A DNA stretch of 64,000 nucleotides from Candidatus Eiseniibacteriota bacterium (GTDB taxonomy: Bacteria; Eisenbacteria; RBG-16-71-46; JABDJR01), in the NCBI GenBank assembly GCA_963762255.1, contig CAVXKA010000001.1, positions 480,001 to 544,000 of the forward strand. Direction: 5' to 3'. Each line of letters opens with the position of its first letter. Position 1 is the first letter of the stretch. A program made the translations under genes and the position numbers. Shown one piece after another: positions 1-9,009 of this stretch. The notes beneath the pieces were generated by a model that was not told the DNA's origin, did not search any database, and saw nothing but the letters and a program-made list of their open reading frames with translations.

Positions 1-426
1 CGCTGCGACGTGTGGGATGTCGACGACCGGGAGGCCAAGCTCCTGTTGGCCACCCTGAACCGTCTCCAGGGTCAGGACCAGCCGATGCGCCGGGCACAGT
101 TGATCCACGAGTTGCTCGGTGAGATGAGCCTCGACGATCTTGCCGGACTCCTCCCCGAGACGGACAAGCAGCTCGAAGAGTTGCACGCGCTGTTGGAGTT
201 CCCGGCCGAGGAGATCGCCGCTCTCCTCGACGCCGAAGCCGAGGAGGCCGAGAAGGTGCTCCCCCGCGTCATCTCATTCGTCGTCACCCCGGAGCAGGAG
301 ACCGTCATCGAAGAGGCGGTCGAACTCGCCTCGGACGGCACCCCTGGCCGGGACCGCAAGGCCAAGGGTCTCGCCAACCTCGCCACCCACTTCATGGAGA
401 ACCGCCGTGAAGAAGCCGCTTCGTAA
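1..426 (+). CDS. ParB-like domain protein of phage-type packaging/methylase modules (5'-truncated by window)
   Basis: Frame open from base 1 (RCDVWDVDDREAKLLLATLNRLQG) resembles the end of a ParB/Srx N-terminal domain; lies directly upstream of terminase genes. Confidence 0.6.
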   Translation, partial: RCDVWDVDDREAKLLLATLNRLQGQDQPMRRAQLIHELLGEMSLDDLAGLLPETDKQLEELHALLEFPAEEIAALLDAEAEEAEKVLPRVISFVVTPEQETVIEEAVELASDGTPGRDRKAKGLANLATHFMENRREEAAS

Positions 427-960
427 GGTCCGGGAGGAGGCACGCCGCCTCTACCTTGCCGGCGAAGCCTCTTCCAACGTGGAGATCGCCACCCGACTCA
501 AGGTCAAGCCGCACACCGTGGCGCGCTGGCGGAAGGAAGAGGACTGGGATGGACTGCGGCTCAAGATCGACCGCCGGGCCGCGGAGATGTTCGTCGAGAA
601 GATCGCCACCGACCGCGTCACCCTCAATGTCCGTCACTACCGCCTGTGGGATCTGTTGGTCACGAAGCTCATGGAGGACTTGAAAGGCCAACCGGGAACC
701 GACATCCGGGAGTTGGACCGCATCGCCGGCATCCTGGAACGGGCACAGAAGGGACAACGCCTCGCGAAGGGTCTTACCACGACCGGCGAGTCCGAAGAGG
801 AGATCCTGGCCAAGGCCGAGGCCCAGCAGCGTCACTTGATCGACGTGTTCATCGACAGTCCGGGACAACGTCTCGGACGAGGAGATCCGGGACCGCATCC
901 AGCCGCTCCCTGGGCCATACCTGACGAGGCGGACGCTGGAGCTGGCGACCCCGGCGACCC
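407..960 (+). CDS. Putative terminase small subunit (N-terminal HTH); 3' end uncertain because of a frame disruption near 857
   Basis: GTG at 407 preceded by GGAG; EARRLYLAG..EIATRLKVKPHTVARWRKEEDW is a typical TerS/DUF1804-like HTH; adjacent to TerL. Confidence 0.6.
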
Positions 961-1016
961 GTGCCCTGACGGAGCCTCTGGCGACGTGGGCGGCGAAGAA
1001 GATCCGACTGGACGGG

Positions 1017-2489
1017 GTGCCGTTCCGGTTCGAGGGCCATGCATACCTCAAGGCGATCTACGACGACACCTCGCCGCACGTGGTGCTCTCCAAGGCGGCG
1101 CAGATCGGCGGCACGACCTGGGCCATCCTGCGTAGCTTTCATGCATGCATCCAGGGGTTGAACGTGGGGTACTACTTCCCCACCCAGACCGATGTCTACG
1201 ACTTCTCCCGGTCGCGGGTCGGACCGCTCTTGAAGGACAACCCGTTCCTCGCCGCCCGGCTCCAGGACACCGACACCGTGGGCTTGAAGCGGATCGGAGA
1301 GGCCAACCTCTACTTCCGAGGCATGAAGTCCACGGTCGGGATGAAGTCCGTCCCCTTGGACATGCTGGTCTTCGACGAGTTGGACGAGGCCACCCCGGAT
1401 GCGCGCGCGCTCGCGTGGGAGCGGATCGCGCACAGCGACTACAAGCGGGTCATTGAACTCTCGAACCCGTCGCTTCCGAATTACGGCATCGACGAGCAGT
1501 TCGAGAAGTCGGACCAGCGGCATTGGACCTTGAAGTGCCCGGCCTGCGGGGAGTGGACCTGTCTGGAGCGGGCGTTCCCGGCGAAGCTCGGTCAGGAGGT
1601 CACGGTGATCCGTCAGCGCGACGACGGCACCTACTATCGCGCCTGCCCCAAGTGCACCGCGGAGTTGGATCTCGATTTGGGTGAGTGGGTGGCGGACTAC
1701 CCGACTCGCTCCATCCACGGCTACCGCGTCTCGCAGCTGTTCTCCGTGAAGATGGACCCGGGCGAGATCTTGGACGAGTACCGGACCACCAAGTTCCCGG
1801 AACGGTTCTACAACTTGAAGATTGGCATCCCCTGGGCCGACCTCGAACGCCGCCTCGACGTGCAGACCGTGCTCGACCTCTGTCGCACCGGCGATGCCCC
1901 GTTCGGGTTCAACGTCATGGGCGTCGACACCGGCAAGGCTCTTCACGTGGTCATCCTGCGCACCAACGGGTACAGCGTGCGCCCGGCTCATCTCGTCCAC
2001 GTCCAGACCTGCCACGAGTTTGCCGAGTTGGACGCCCTCATGAAGCAGTACCGGGTGCGCGAATGCGTGATCGACGGGCTCCCCGAGACCCACGCCACCC
2101 GCGACTTCGCGCTGCGTCATCGAGGCTGGGTCTTCCTCAACTTCTTCAACGAGAGCCAGCGGGGCAGCGTCCGGTGGGATCGCCGGGAGTTGACCGTCAA
2201 CATCAACCGCACCGAAGCCCTGGACGCCTCGCGGGCCATCGTGCGGGACAAGAAGCTCACCCTCCCACCGAGGAGTCCCGAGATCGAGGAGTTCGCCCGC
2301 CACATGAGCTGCGACGCCAAGGTGTTGGACGAGGACCCCGAGACCGGAGCCAAGAAGTACCGCTACGTGCGGACCGGAGCCGACCACTACTCGCTCGCGT
2401 TCACCTATGGGCTGATGGCCCTCGACGGGATACACATGCCGGTGAGCCCGGAGCAGGCGCGAAGACTCGCGGGATTGTTCTACGGGTGA
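1017..2489 (+). CDS. Phage terminase large subunit, GpA-like (true start probably further upstream; frame is open from at least 858)
   Basis: VLSKAAQIGGT (GpA-type Walker A), MLVFDELDE (Walker B), CPACG..CPKC zinc ribbon, MGVDTG and ADHY nuclease motifs. Confidence 0.88.
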   Translation: MPFRFEGHAYLKAIYDDTSPHVVLSKAAQIGGTTWAILRSFHACIQGLNVGYYFPTQTDVYDFSRSRVGPLLKDNPFLAARLQDTDTVGLKRIGEANLYFRGMKSTVGMKSVPLDMLVFDELDEATPDARALAWERIAHSDYKRVIELSNPSLPNYGIDEQFEKSDQRHWTLKCPACGEWTCLERAFPAKLGQEVTVIRQRDDGTYYRACPKCTAELDLDLGEWVADYPTRSIHGYRVSQLFSVKMDPGEILDEYRTTKFPERFYNLKIGIPWADLERRLDVQTVLDLCRTGDAPFGFNVMGVDTGKALHVVILRTNGYSVRPAHLVHVQTCHEFAELDALMKQYRVRECVIDGLPETHATRDFALRHRGWVFLNFFNESQRGSVRWDRRELTVNINRTEALDASRAIVRDKKLTLPPRSPEIEEFARHMSCDAKVLDEDPETGAKKYRYVRTGADHYSLAFTYGLMALDGIHMPVSPEQARRLAGLFYG

Positions 2490-2626
2490 TGAAGAACGAT
2501 GCAGAACCTTGGAACGACGCAAGCAATCCCCCGTCCAGCCACACGGATGACGGCATCGGTGGGGGGGATTCCCTTGATGTCATGGCGACACCGAGGTAGA
2601 GATGTGGACAGGAGAGATCGGATAAC

Positions 2627-4198
2627 GTGCGATCCATCAATCAGATAGAGGCGGTGCAAGCGGGGCACACCGACGCGTTGCCGCAGGCGGTCCCGATCCG
2701 CGCTGGCGTCTACATGCGCGTCAGCACCCGCGAGCAGGCTGAGAAATGGAGCCTGTCAGCTCAACGCTCCATCCTCACCGCGCACGCCGAGCGCATGGGT
2801 TGGGCGGTGCGCGTCTATGACGAGGGTGCCGCGTCCGGTGAGACCATCCAAGACCGGCCCGAGATGCACCGCCTCCTTGACGATGTGGAAGCCGGTCGCG
2901 TTGACATCGTGCTCGTCATCGAATGGGAGCGCCTCTCGCGGGCGTCCGACCTCACCGACCAGGCCCGGATCACGAGCACCTGCCGCCGCGCCGGGGTACG
3001 GATCGCCACCCCCGAGCGGACCTACGACCTGCGGCTGGCGGAGGACGACTTCGAGAGCGACCTGCACGGCATCCTGTCGAAGAGAGAGAAGCGTAAGCTC
3101 CTGGAGCGCACGAAGCGCGGCCTCCACGAGGCCATGGATGCCGGGAAGTTCGCCGGGGGACACCCGCCCCTCGGGTACCGGTTCGACCGCCAGACCGAGA
3201 AGGTGGTGCCCAACCCCGACGAGATACCCCTGGTGCAGCGCGTGTTCGAGTCCCCACTCTCGGCATGGCGACTCTCCCGGGAACTCAGGCTCGAAGGAAT
3301 CAACCTCCACTACGAGCGGATCCGGCGCACCCGGAGCTTACCGTTCTACCTGGGTCTTCGTCCGAACTCACGGGGCGAGCTGGTCCAAGCCGATTGGCCG
3401 GCAATGATCGACCAGGAGACTTGGGATCGACAGCAAGACCGTTCCAGAAGAGTCGCCCGGCGCAGCGCACCGGGAGCGAAGCCCAAGTACCTCCTGTCCG
3501 GGATCATCCGGTGCGCCAACTGCGGCAAGGCCGTTATCGGGGCACCCATCCGGCCCTCCAAGACAACGGGGATGGCGCTCCACGTTTACAAGTGTTTGGA
3601 ACCACGGAGGTGCCCGGCCAGAGGGGGGCAGCTCACCGGGTGGCTCGTGGACCTGCTCGTCCTGGACGCGCTCAAGGCGCACGCCGGAGACCCGGAGATA
3701 TTGAAGGACCGCTACGCCCGGGCCATGGAAACGGCGGGAAGTCAGGACGCAGCCGCCGAGCGCGATGCTCTGAAGGCTCAGGTGCGCGATCTCGAAGCCC
3801 GGCAGGCCCGGCTCGTCGACGCCGTCGAACAGGCACTTCTCCCGGACCACATCATCCGCAGGCGCCAGAAGACACTCGACGCCGAGATGAAGCTGGCGCG
3901 CAGCCGCCTGGACCACTCGGTGGACGCCGCGATTATCCCTTCGTTGCCGGACCTGCGAGCGATCCTGGCTCTAGCTGAGGGCTTGGAGAAGGCGGACCGT
4001 GACGGCCAGCGCGAACTCCTGGAACGTCTCGCCACCGCCGTCGCGATCGATCCGCGCACGCGGACGTTGACCGTGGTGTGGCGGCTCGGCGGCGAGACCC
4101 GATACCGAGTTCCACTGTTCCGAGGAGGCCCCAGCCGACGCGTCGAGACCTTCATGGAGCGGGTGGCGGAGTCGCCCGGAGACTTCGTTGTCCCATGA
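2627..4198 (+). CDS. Large serine recombinase/integrase
   Basis: GVYMRVST catalytic Ser, ERLSR, GGHPPLGY recombinase domain, LLSGIIRCANCG..YKC zinc ribbon, coiled coil. Confidence 0.93.
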   Translation: MRSINQIEAVQAGHTDALPQAVPIRAGVYMRVSTREQAEKWSLSAQRSILTAHAERMGWAVRVYDEGAASGETIQDRPEMHRLLDDVEAGRVDIVLVIEWERLSRASDLTDQARITSTCRRAGVRIATPERTYDLRLAEDDFESDLHGILSKREKRKLLERTKRGLHEAMDAGKFAGGHPPLGYRFDRQTEKVVPNPDEIPLVQRVFESPLSAWRLSRELRLEGINLHYERIRRTRSLPFYLGLRPNSRGELVQADWPAMIDQETWDRQQDRSRRVARRSAPGAKPKYLLSGIIRCANCGKAVIGAPIRPSKTTGMALHVYKCLEPRRCPARGGQLTGWLVDLLVLDALKAHAGDPEILKDRYARAMETAGSQDAAAERDALKAQVRDLEARQARLVDAVEQALLPDHIIRRRQKTLDAEMKLARSRLDHSVDAAIIPSLPDLRAILALAEGLEKADRDGQRELLERLATAVAIDPRTRTLTVVWRLGGETRYRVPLFRGGPSRRVETFMERVAESPGDFVVP

Positions 4199-4413
4199 CG
4201 AGAAAGCCCTTCGAGATGCCCAACCGCGCCGCACGGCTGATACCCCGACAGATGGTTTTCGTCGTCAAGTGGCGTCTTGGTGGCGAGGCCGAGATCCTCG
4301 TCCCGCAGCACCGATGCGGGCCGGAGAGAAGCATCGCGTCTGCGACCCCTCGCGAAGTCTCGGGGAGTTGGGGCTGCCGCGAACGGCGCAACCCATCGCC
4401 ACATAGAACATAA
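4195..4413 (+). CDS. Small ORF coupled to the recombinase, repeating its C-terminal WRLGGE motif (possible remnant or accessory factor)
   Basis: ATGA overlap with recombinase stop; VVKWRLGGEAEILVP vs recombinase TVVWRLGGETRYRVP. Confidence 0.35.
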   Translation: MTRKPFEMPNRAARLIPRQMVFVVKWRLGGEAEILVPQHRCGPERSIASATPREVSGSWGCRERRNPSPHRT

Positions 4414-4603
4414 AACACTATATGACAACCACTTACACACAAACACCGAGAGACGCGGAATGACTACTCACGTGTTTGGTATACGGTTCAGGTCAAGCCT
4501 TGTCGATCACCATAGAATACGGACTTGGTTCGGTGTAGATTGGCGTTAACGAGGCGCAGCTAGCCGTCTCCCAAATTGCTCGCTGGCCACAGGGGTTCAC
4601 CGT

Positions 4604-5032
4604 ATGGTTTCTGCTCATGATGTTGCCGCCTATATCCTAGAGCGACGCGGCCCCATGACCGCGATGAAGCTGCAGAAGCTGGTCTTCTATTGCCAAGCGT
4701 GGTCACTCGTTTGGGACGACGAACCGCTATTCGGCGAGAAGATAGAGGCTTGGGCAAATGGGCCAGTGGCCCGCGATCTCTACGAGGTCCACAGGGGACA
4801 ATTCAAGGTGTCGGAATGGCCATCCGGAGATCCGAATGCGCTCGACCTAACTCAGCGTGAAACAGTGGATGCTGTGCTTGGGTACTACGGCCACAAGACA
4901 TCGCAATGGTTGAGCGATCTCACGCACCGCGAACATCCGTGGCTGGATGCGCGTGCCGGCCTCCGGCAGGGAGAGCGGGGATCGAAAGAGATTACACCTG
5001 CCGCTATGGCCGAATACTACGGAAGTCTCTAG
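4604..5032 (+). CDS. Panacea-domain (DUF4065/SocA/GepA) antitoxin
   Basis: DVAAYIL..MKLQKLVFY..LF.EKIEAWANGPV..LSDLTH..PW signature. Confidence 0.88.
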   Translation: MVSAHDVAAYILERRGPMTAMKLQKLVFYCQAWSLVWDDEPLFGEKIEAWANGPVARDLYEVHRGQFKVSEWPSGDPNALDLTQRETVDAVLGYYGHKTSQWLSDLTHREHPWLDARAGLRQGERGSKEITPAAMAEYYGSL

Positions 5033-5038
5033 AGGCGA

Positions 5039-5488
5039 ATGGCCAAGAACAGATCCAATCGTAAGGCCCCGAAGGCAGCGATTTTGCCCACTCCAGAGAA
5101 GTCACCCCATGCCACTGAGGGTATCGACTTCCTTGACTTGTGCCCGACATGGAAGGTCGGGACCCTCGAATTGCATGGCCAATTTGGTTGGACAGCCCTT
5201 GCCGCCCCTGCGGTGGCCGCAGTTCAATCGCGCTTGTCTGCCTTCGAAACAATGAATTGGAAGGATATTCTCTTCAAGGGAAAGAAGCAGAACCACCATG
5301 TTGGCGTCCATCGCATCTGCAATGATGCCCGGCGGCGTCTTGAGGAGCTCGGACTCTCCGACGTGGACAAGCTAGTTTCCCTGCGCGTGGGAGCGACGGA
5401 GCGCATTTGGGGGATTCTCGATCAGGGATGTCTAAAGATCTTGTGGTGGGATCCGACGCACGCCATATGCCCATCCTTGCCGAGGTAG
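5039..5488 (+). CDS. Putative cognate toxin of the Panacea antitoxin (possibly RelE-like RNase fold)
   Basis: 6 bp downstream of the antitoxin; basic protein ending LVSLRVGATERIWGILD..LKILWWDPTH. Confidence 0.55.
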   Translation: MAKNRSNRKAPKAAILPTPEKSPHATEGIDFLDLCPTWKVGTLELHGQFGWTALAAPAVAAVQSRLSAFETMNWKDILFKGKKQNHHVGVHRICNDARRRLEELGLSDVDKLVSLRVGATERIWGILDQGCLKILWWDPTHAICPSLPR

Positions 5489-5589
5489 CACCGGTTCCGC
5501 CATCCATACGCCCCCAGGATCAGGTGCACTAACGTCCACCGAGCACCCCCATGCACAGGCACGGCGCCGTAATCACGCGTGCGAGCGCC

Positions 5590-6009
5590 TCACGATCGCA
5601 ATCCCCAGTTGTTCGCATAGGCGCTGAGCGGTGGCCTGTTCAACCTTGCCCACGACAGATCCCGGAAGTGCGCGTCCTTGCGCGCTGGCCCTGGTATGTT
5701 CGCATGTGCCTTGGCTGCGGCGTACGGCATGATCCACGACCTAATTGGCCCATCCTTGGGCTTGAAGAGGAAGACGATCCAGTCACATTCTCGCCGGTCA
5801 TCGAAGTTGAACCACTTGCTGGCCTTCCAGCCCTCGCTTTCGCTTCGCGTCTTGACACTTACCCTAATCAACCCATTACCAGTCTCGACGGCAAGATCGT
5901 AACCCTCCCAGTTGTCCGGCATTTTCGTGGCAGGTTTCCCTGCGAACGAGAACTGGCTCAACGCGTAATGCTCTCCAGCATCACCGAGCATCTTTGATGA
6001 GACCTTCAC
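5590..6009 (-). CDS. Cassette ORF: PD-(D/E)XK nuclease-like protein
   Basis: GDAGEHY..GYDL..RVSVKT fits the restriction-endonuclease-like E..D..xxK pattern. Confidence 0.6.
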   Translation of the reverse strand: MKVSSKMLGDAGEHYALSQFSFAGKPATKMPDNWEGYDLAVETGNGLIRVSVKTRSESEGWKASKWFNFDDRRECDWIVFLFKPKDGPIRSWIMPYAAAKAHANIPGPARKDAHFRDLSWARLNRPPLSAYANNWGLRS

Positions 6010-6047
6010 TCAGAGTCACTCCCGGACAATTTCCCGTTCCCGGTCCG

Positions 6048-6141
6048 ATCCAATTGTCCACCTCACCGACGACGACCGGCTATCTTTCAAAGACGCATCC
6101 TACTCCCCGGAGCGGGCGGGGACCGCAGCGGTTCGTTAGCG
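6048..6141 (-). repeat. attC site (degenerate R')
   Basis: + strand ATCCAAT...GCAGCGGTTCGTTAGCG; shares the internal CGACGACCGGC and TACTCCCC motifs with other sites. Confidence 0.6.
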
Positions 6142-6173
6142 GGCGGCAGACAGAGATAGCGTGGCCTATGACA

Positions 6174-6749
6174 CTAGCCACTTGCCAGTGCTCGGGCCGC
6201 CAGCTGCCGGTCTATCCTTCTGGCTAGCTTGCTCATCTCCTCCCTATACGCGGCCTCAGCGGCCTCGAAATTGACTCTGTCCAAGGACAGGGATTGGACG
6301 AAGGTGGGCCGAAGGCCTTCCTCGATCTTGCGCCTATAGCGCTCAAGTCGATCAAGCACATCGTATTCGTAGCGCGATTCGGGCCGCCCCCCGAGGTCAG
6401 TGGGGTTACCGGGGATTGCGACATCGCGTACAAGTTCATCCACCCGGTGAGCGATTAGGTTTCGAAAGTCCAGCAGCCCTTGGACCTCGCTGCTCTCCTC
6501 CCGGGTGAGGACACCTTCGTCCACCAGGACGGCAAAGGCCTTCTTGATCAGTTGCGTTGCCCTTTCAGGGAGACGCTCAGATGCGTCCTCACGGGGAAAT
6601 GTCCGATCGGTCGCGCGAATCGACTCAACGACATAGCGCTTGAGGCTCTCTGCCTGGAAGAGCACCACTACCATCTCAAGGGCGCGGAACTTCAGGATGT
6701 TCTTCTCGAGTGCAGGCACCTTCACGTCAATGTTCCATTCCGTGTCCAA
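6174..6749 (-). CDS. Cassette ORF: hypothetical, HEPN-like
   Basis: Helical protein with RNLIAH (Rx4H) motif. Confidence 0.55.
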   Translation of the reverse strand: MDTEWNIDVKVPALEKNILKFRALEMVVVLFQAESLKRYVVESIRATDRTFPREDASERLPERATQLIKKAFAVLVDEGVLTREESSEVQGLLDFRNLIAHRVDELVRDVAIPGNPTDLGGRPESRYEYDVLDRLERYRRKIEEGLRPTFVQSLSLDRVNFEAAEAAYREEMSKLARRIDRQLAARALASG

Positions 6750-6774
6750 TCCGTGGGTGATCCGATTTCGGCCA

Positions 6775-6871
6775 TGCTAACGCTCAGGCTCAGCAGCAGG
6801 CCGAGTGTCATGGTGGGTGCTCCGCGCCCGCCGTGACACGACAGGCCCTCAGCTGCAGCCGGTTGTTAGGT
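6775..6871 (-). repeat. attC site
   Basis: Minus strand ACCTAAC-AACCGGC-TGCAG...CTGA-GCCTGAGC-GTTAGCA; the upstream ORF's TAA lies inside the R'' box. Confidence 0.88.
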
Positions 6872-7528
6872 CTTCCTCTTCCACTCACCCGCCAACTGCT
6901 GGAGAAAGTACGCCGCTTCTGCTGAAAGGTCCCACTGATCCTCGATGCCGACCAGGGCACCCGACAGCAGATCTAGCAAACCATCCATATGTCGTGCAAA
7001 CCCGACCACGTTGATTACGAAGTGCTTGGGCAAGGACGGGTTCATCCTGGTATCGACTGGATATCGAAACGTAAACGACAATGGATCCACTTCGTCAAGA
7101 GATCTAACGAGAGCTTCGAACTCTGCCCAGCTTGCGACACCCGAGACCTCACAGTCCCATTTCCAGTCCATTGCGCCAAACACAGTAGCCAGCACTGGAA
7201 GAAAGGGAACCAGCCTGTGCTTTCCAAACACCCTACTCAGGTCAGTCTGTTCGTCCGAGATCAAGCCAAGAAGCTGCTCGCCGCGGAACGCGATCGCTTT
7301 GAAGTAGAGCTCCATGGAGTGCCTGTACAAGAACAGAATCGGATAACCTTCGTAGTCTGCGTGACCGTGTGACTCGGCAAGCCGAGTGGCAAGGATCTTC
7401 CCCGCATCATGGTAGCCATGCGCAAATGCACCGAGCTGAACAGATGTAGTCCCCGAGAAATTGAAGACAACGTTTCCATGTTGATGGTCCGGGCCAAAGA
7501 CTGGGTGAATCTCTGAAGCGTGCGTCAC
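6866..7528 (-). CDS. Cassette ORF: hypothetical, possibly HEPN-related
   Basis: YPILFLYRHSMELYFK and DPLSFTFRYP motifs; stop codon in attC R''. Confidence 0.55.
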   Translation of the reverse strand: MTHASEIHPVFGPDHQHGNVVFNFSGTTSVQLGAFAHGYHDAGKILATRLAESHGHADYEGYPILFLYRHSMELYFKAIAFRGEQLLGLISDEQTDLSRVFGKHRLVPFLPVLATVFGAMDWKWDCEVSGVASWAEFEALVRSLDEVDPLSFTFRYPVDTRMNPSLPKHFVINVVGFARHMDGLLDLLSGALVGIEDQWDLSAEAAYFLQQLAGEWKRKT

Positions 7529-7541
7529 ATTGTGCTCCGAA

Positions 7542-7640
7542 ACTTAACCCCTCACCGCTCAACTGCACCCCGCGCGGCTACCTGCCTTTGCGTCTTTGCC
7601 TTCCCCCCGCGCGGGCGGCGGCTGCAGCGGGAGGTGAGAT
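7542..7640 (-). repeat. attC site with mutated R'' box
   Basis: + strand ACTTAAC...GCTGCAGCGGGAG-GTGAGAT (GTTAGAT expected). Confidence 0.7.
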
Positions 7641-8192
7641 TCCAAACCGCACCGGTGGTGTGTTCTCAGTTATCCACTGGTGCACCATGTCACACTTCGC
7701 GCGTATCCGTTGGAAGTTCCGCGGTTCTCTAATGTCTTCCAAGACTTGCCGGATATCCGGAAATCCTGCCGGCAGTGACCGCTCCGCCGGCGCAGCTTGG
7801 AGGTTTGGAAAACCCTTGTGGACGATGATATGCCGCGCGGTCAGAACAAACCGCAGTGCATCAAGGACATCCGTCGGCATGACTGAAGCAGCCCTCTCTT
7901 CCAACTTTGCGTACGGGAGGTCGAAGACCATCTGATCACTGAACGAGTCGTTTGCGAAGTACGAGAAGCGCAACCTCTGGGCGATGTATTCAGAGGACAT
8001 CAAGAGCCATGCCACGAACACACCAGCATCCGAAAGATGCCGATGGTTCTCCTTGGCCACCTGCTCTTCAAGCTGCTTGATCCAACAACCCCAGTGGTCG
8101 TCATTGCCCAGGGCTTTTGCCCCGTCCCACCGCGCAGCCTCCGGAGCTTGAATCTCCTCGATGTCTTCCTTTCGAGCCGACTCGCGATTCAT
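7578..8192 (-). CDS. Cassette ORF: hypothetical, HEPN-like; reads through into attC
   Basis: ATG at 8192 with GGAGAGG; RHIIVH (Rx4H) motif. Confidence 0.55.
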   Translation of the reverse strand: MNRESARKEDIEEIQAPEAARWDGAKALGNDDHWGCWIKQLEEQVAKENHRHLSDAGVFVAWLLMSSEYIAQRLRFSYFANDSFSDQMVFDLPYAKLEERAASVMPTDVLDALRFVLTARHIIVHKGFPNLQAAPAERSLPAGFPDIRQVLEDIREPRNFQRIRAKCDMVHQWITENTPPVRFGISPPAAAAARAGGRQRRKGR

Positions 8193-8210
8193 CGACCTCT
8201 CCACTTAGGA

Positions 8211-8270
8211 ATCTAACGTGCTGCCAGTCAGCCGTGCCCGCGACGACCGGCCTCCCGAGCATTCTACACC
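8211..8270 (-). repeat. Partial attC (R'/L' half only)
   Basis: ATCTAAC-GTGCTGCCAGTCAGCCGTGCCCGCGACGACCGG, nearly identical to the site at 10510; no R'' half found. Confidence 0.65.
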
Positions 8271-8452
8271 ACTGACCATTGCCACCCGGTTTGGTGGCTC
8301 CAAGCAGACCATGTTCGCCAAGATGCACGAGTTCGACTTGGCGTTCATCGAGGTGCTGGTGGACCGGAGAACGGGCAGGACGTTGTGGAAGGCGACCCCA
8401 TAGCGGCACCGGCGGCCGAAGGCCAGCACTACGCCGGCGGTGACAGAGTCAG

Positions 8453-8869
8453 TCAGCTCGCCGACTCGGTCTCCAGGTCCCGTTTCAGAACGATCTGGAT
8501 AGTGATATCGAAATAGGTCAGGCAGTCGCGGTAGCGCCGCTGGCCCTTCGGGGAGCCTTCATAGCCCTCACAGTGTTCCAGGAACTTCTGCTCACGCTGA
8601 CCGTTCGTGATCATTCGGTGAACGAGCATGCCGATCTCAACACCCCCCCCATAGCATTGGGGATTCCTGCAATCAATCGCACCCCGGAAGTTCTTCTCCG
8701 TGAAATGTAGTTGGCGCCCGGTCGGTCGCCCAAGCACTGATTCAGAAACCTCAACGGACAGGTGGGCAATCGTGGGATAGGCCTCCGCGAATGTATTGGC
8801 GCGCGGGGCAAACGGACGATCCACATTGCGAAGCAGGTCCGTGAGCTTGTCTCTCCTCGAGGAACTCAT
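8453..8869 (-). CDS. Cassette ORF: hypothetical protein with four Cys (CRNPQC, CEGYEG..C)
   Basis: 138-aa ORF with upstream GAGG, located between attC-like sites. Confidence 0.6.
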   Translation of the reverse strand: MSSSRRDKLTDLLRNVDRPFAPRANTFAEAYPTIAHLSVEVSESVLGRPTGRQLHFTEKNFRGAIDCRNPQCYGGGVEIGMLVHRMITNGQREQKFLEHCEGYEGSPKGQRRYRDCLTYFDITIQIVLKRDLETESAS

Positions 8870-9009
8870 TCATGTCCTCACTTCCACAGGTCCTGCACGT
8901 CTCTCCTCCCGCGCCAAAGACATTGGCACCGGATTGAAGCAGCATTCCGTGAGTGTGGCAAGTCTGTGGCCGCATCGGCGTCGCTCAGCAGGAGAAGCGG
9001 GGCCACGCA

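Noticed and set aside
140-1135. 331-aa ORF as a single protein
   Set aside because: The N-terminal 89 codons overlap the ParB-like gene and are low-complexity; the tail overlaps TerL; only the part from 407 is protein-like
2489-2599. 36-aa ORF coupled to the TerL stop
   Set aside because: Too short and low-complexity; no supporting motif
5526-5590. Possible terminal attC (CACTAAC...) after the last cassette ORF
   Set aside because: No matching GTTRRRY end or L boxes; too degenerate to call
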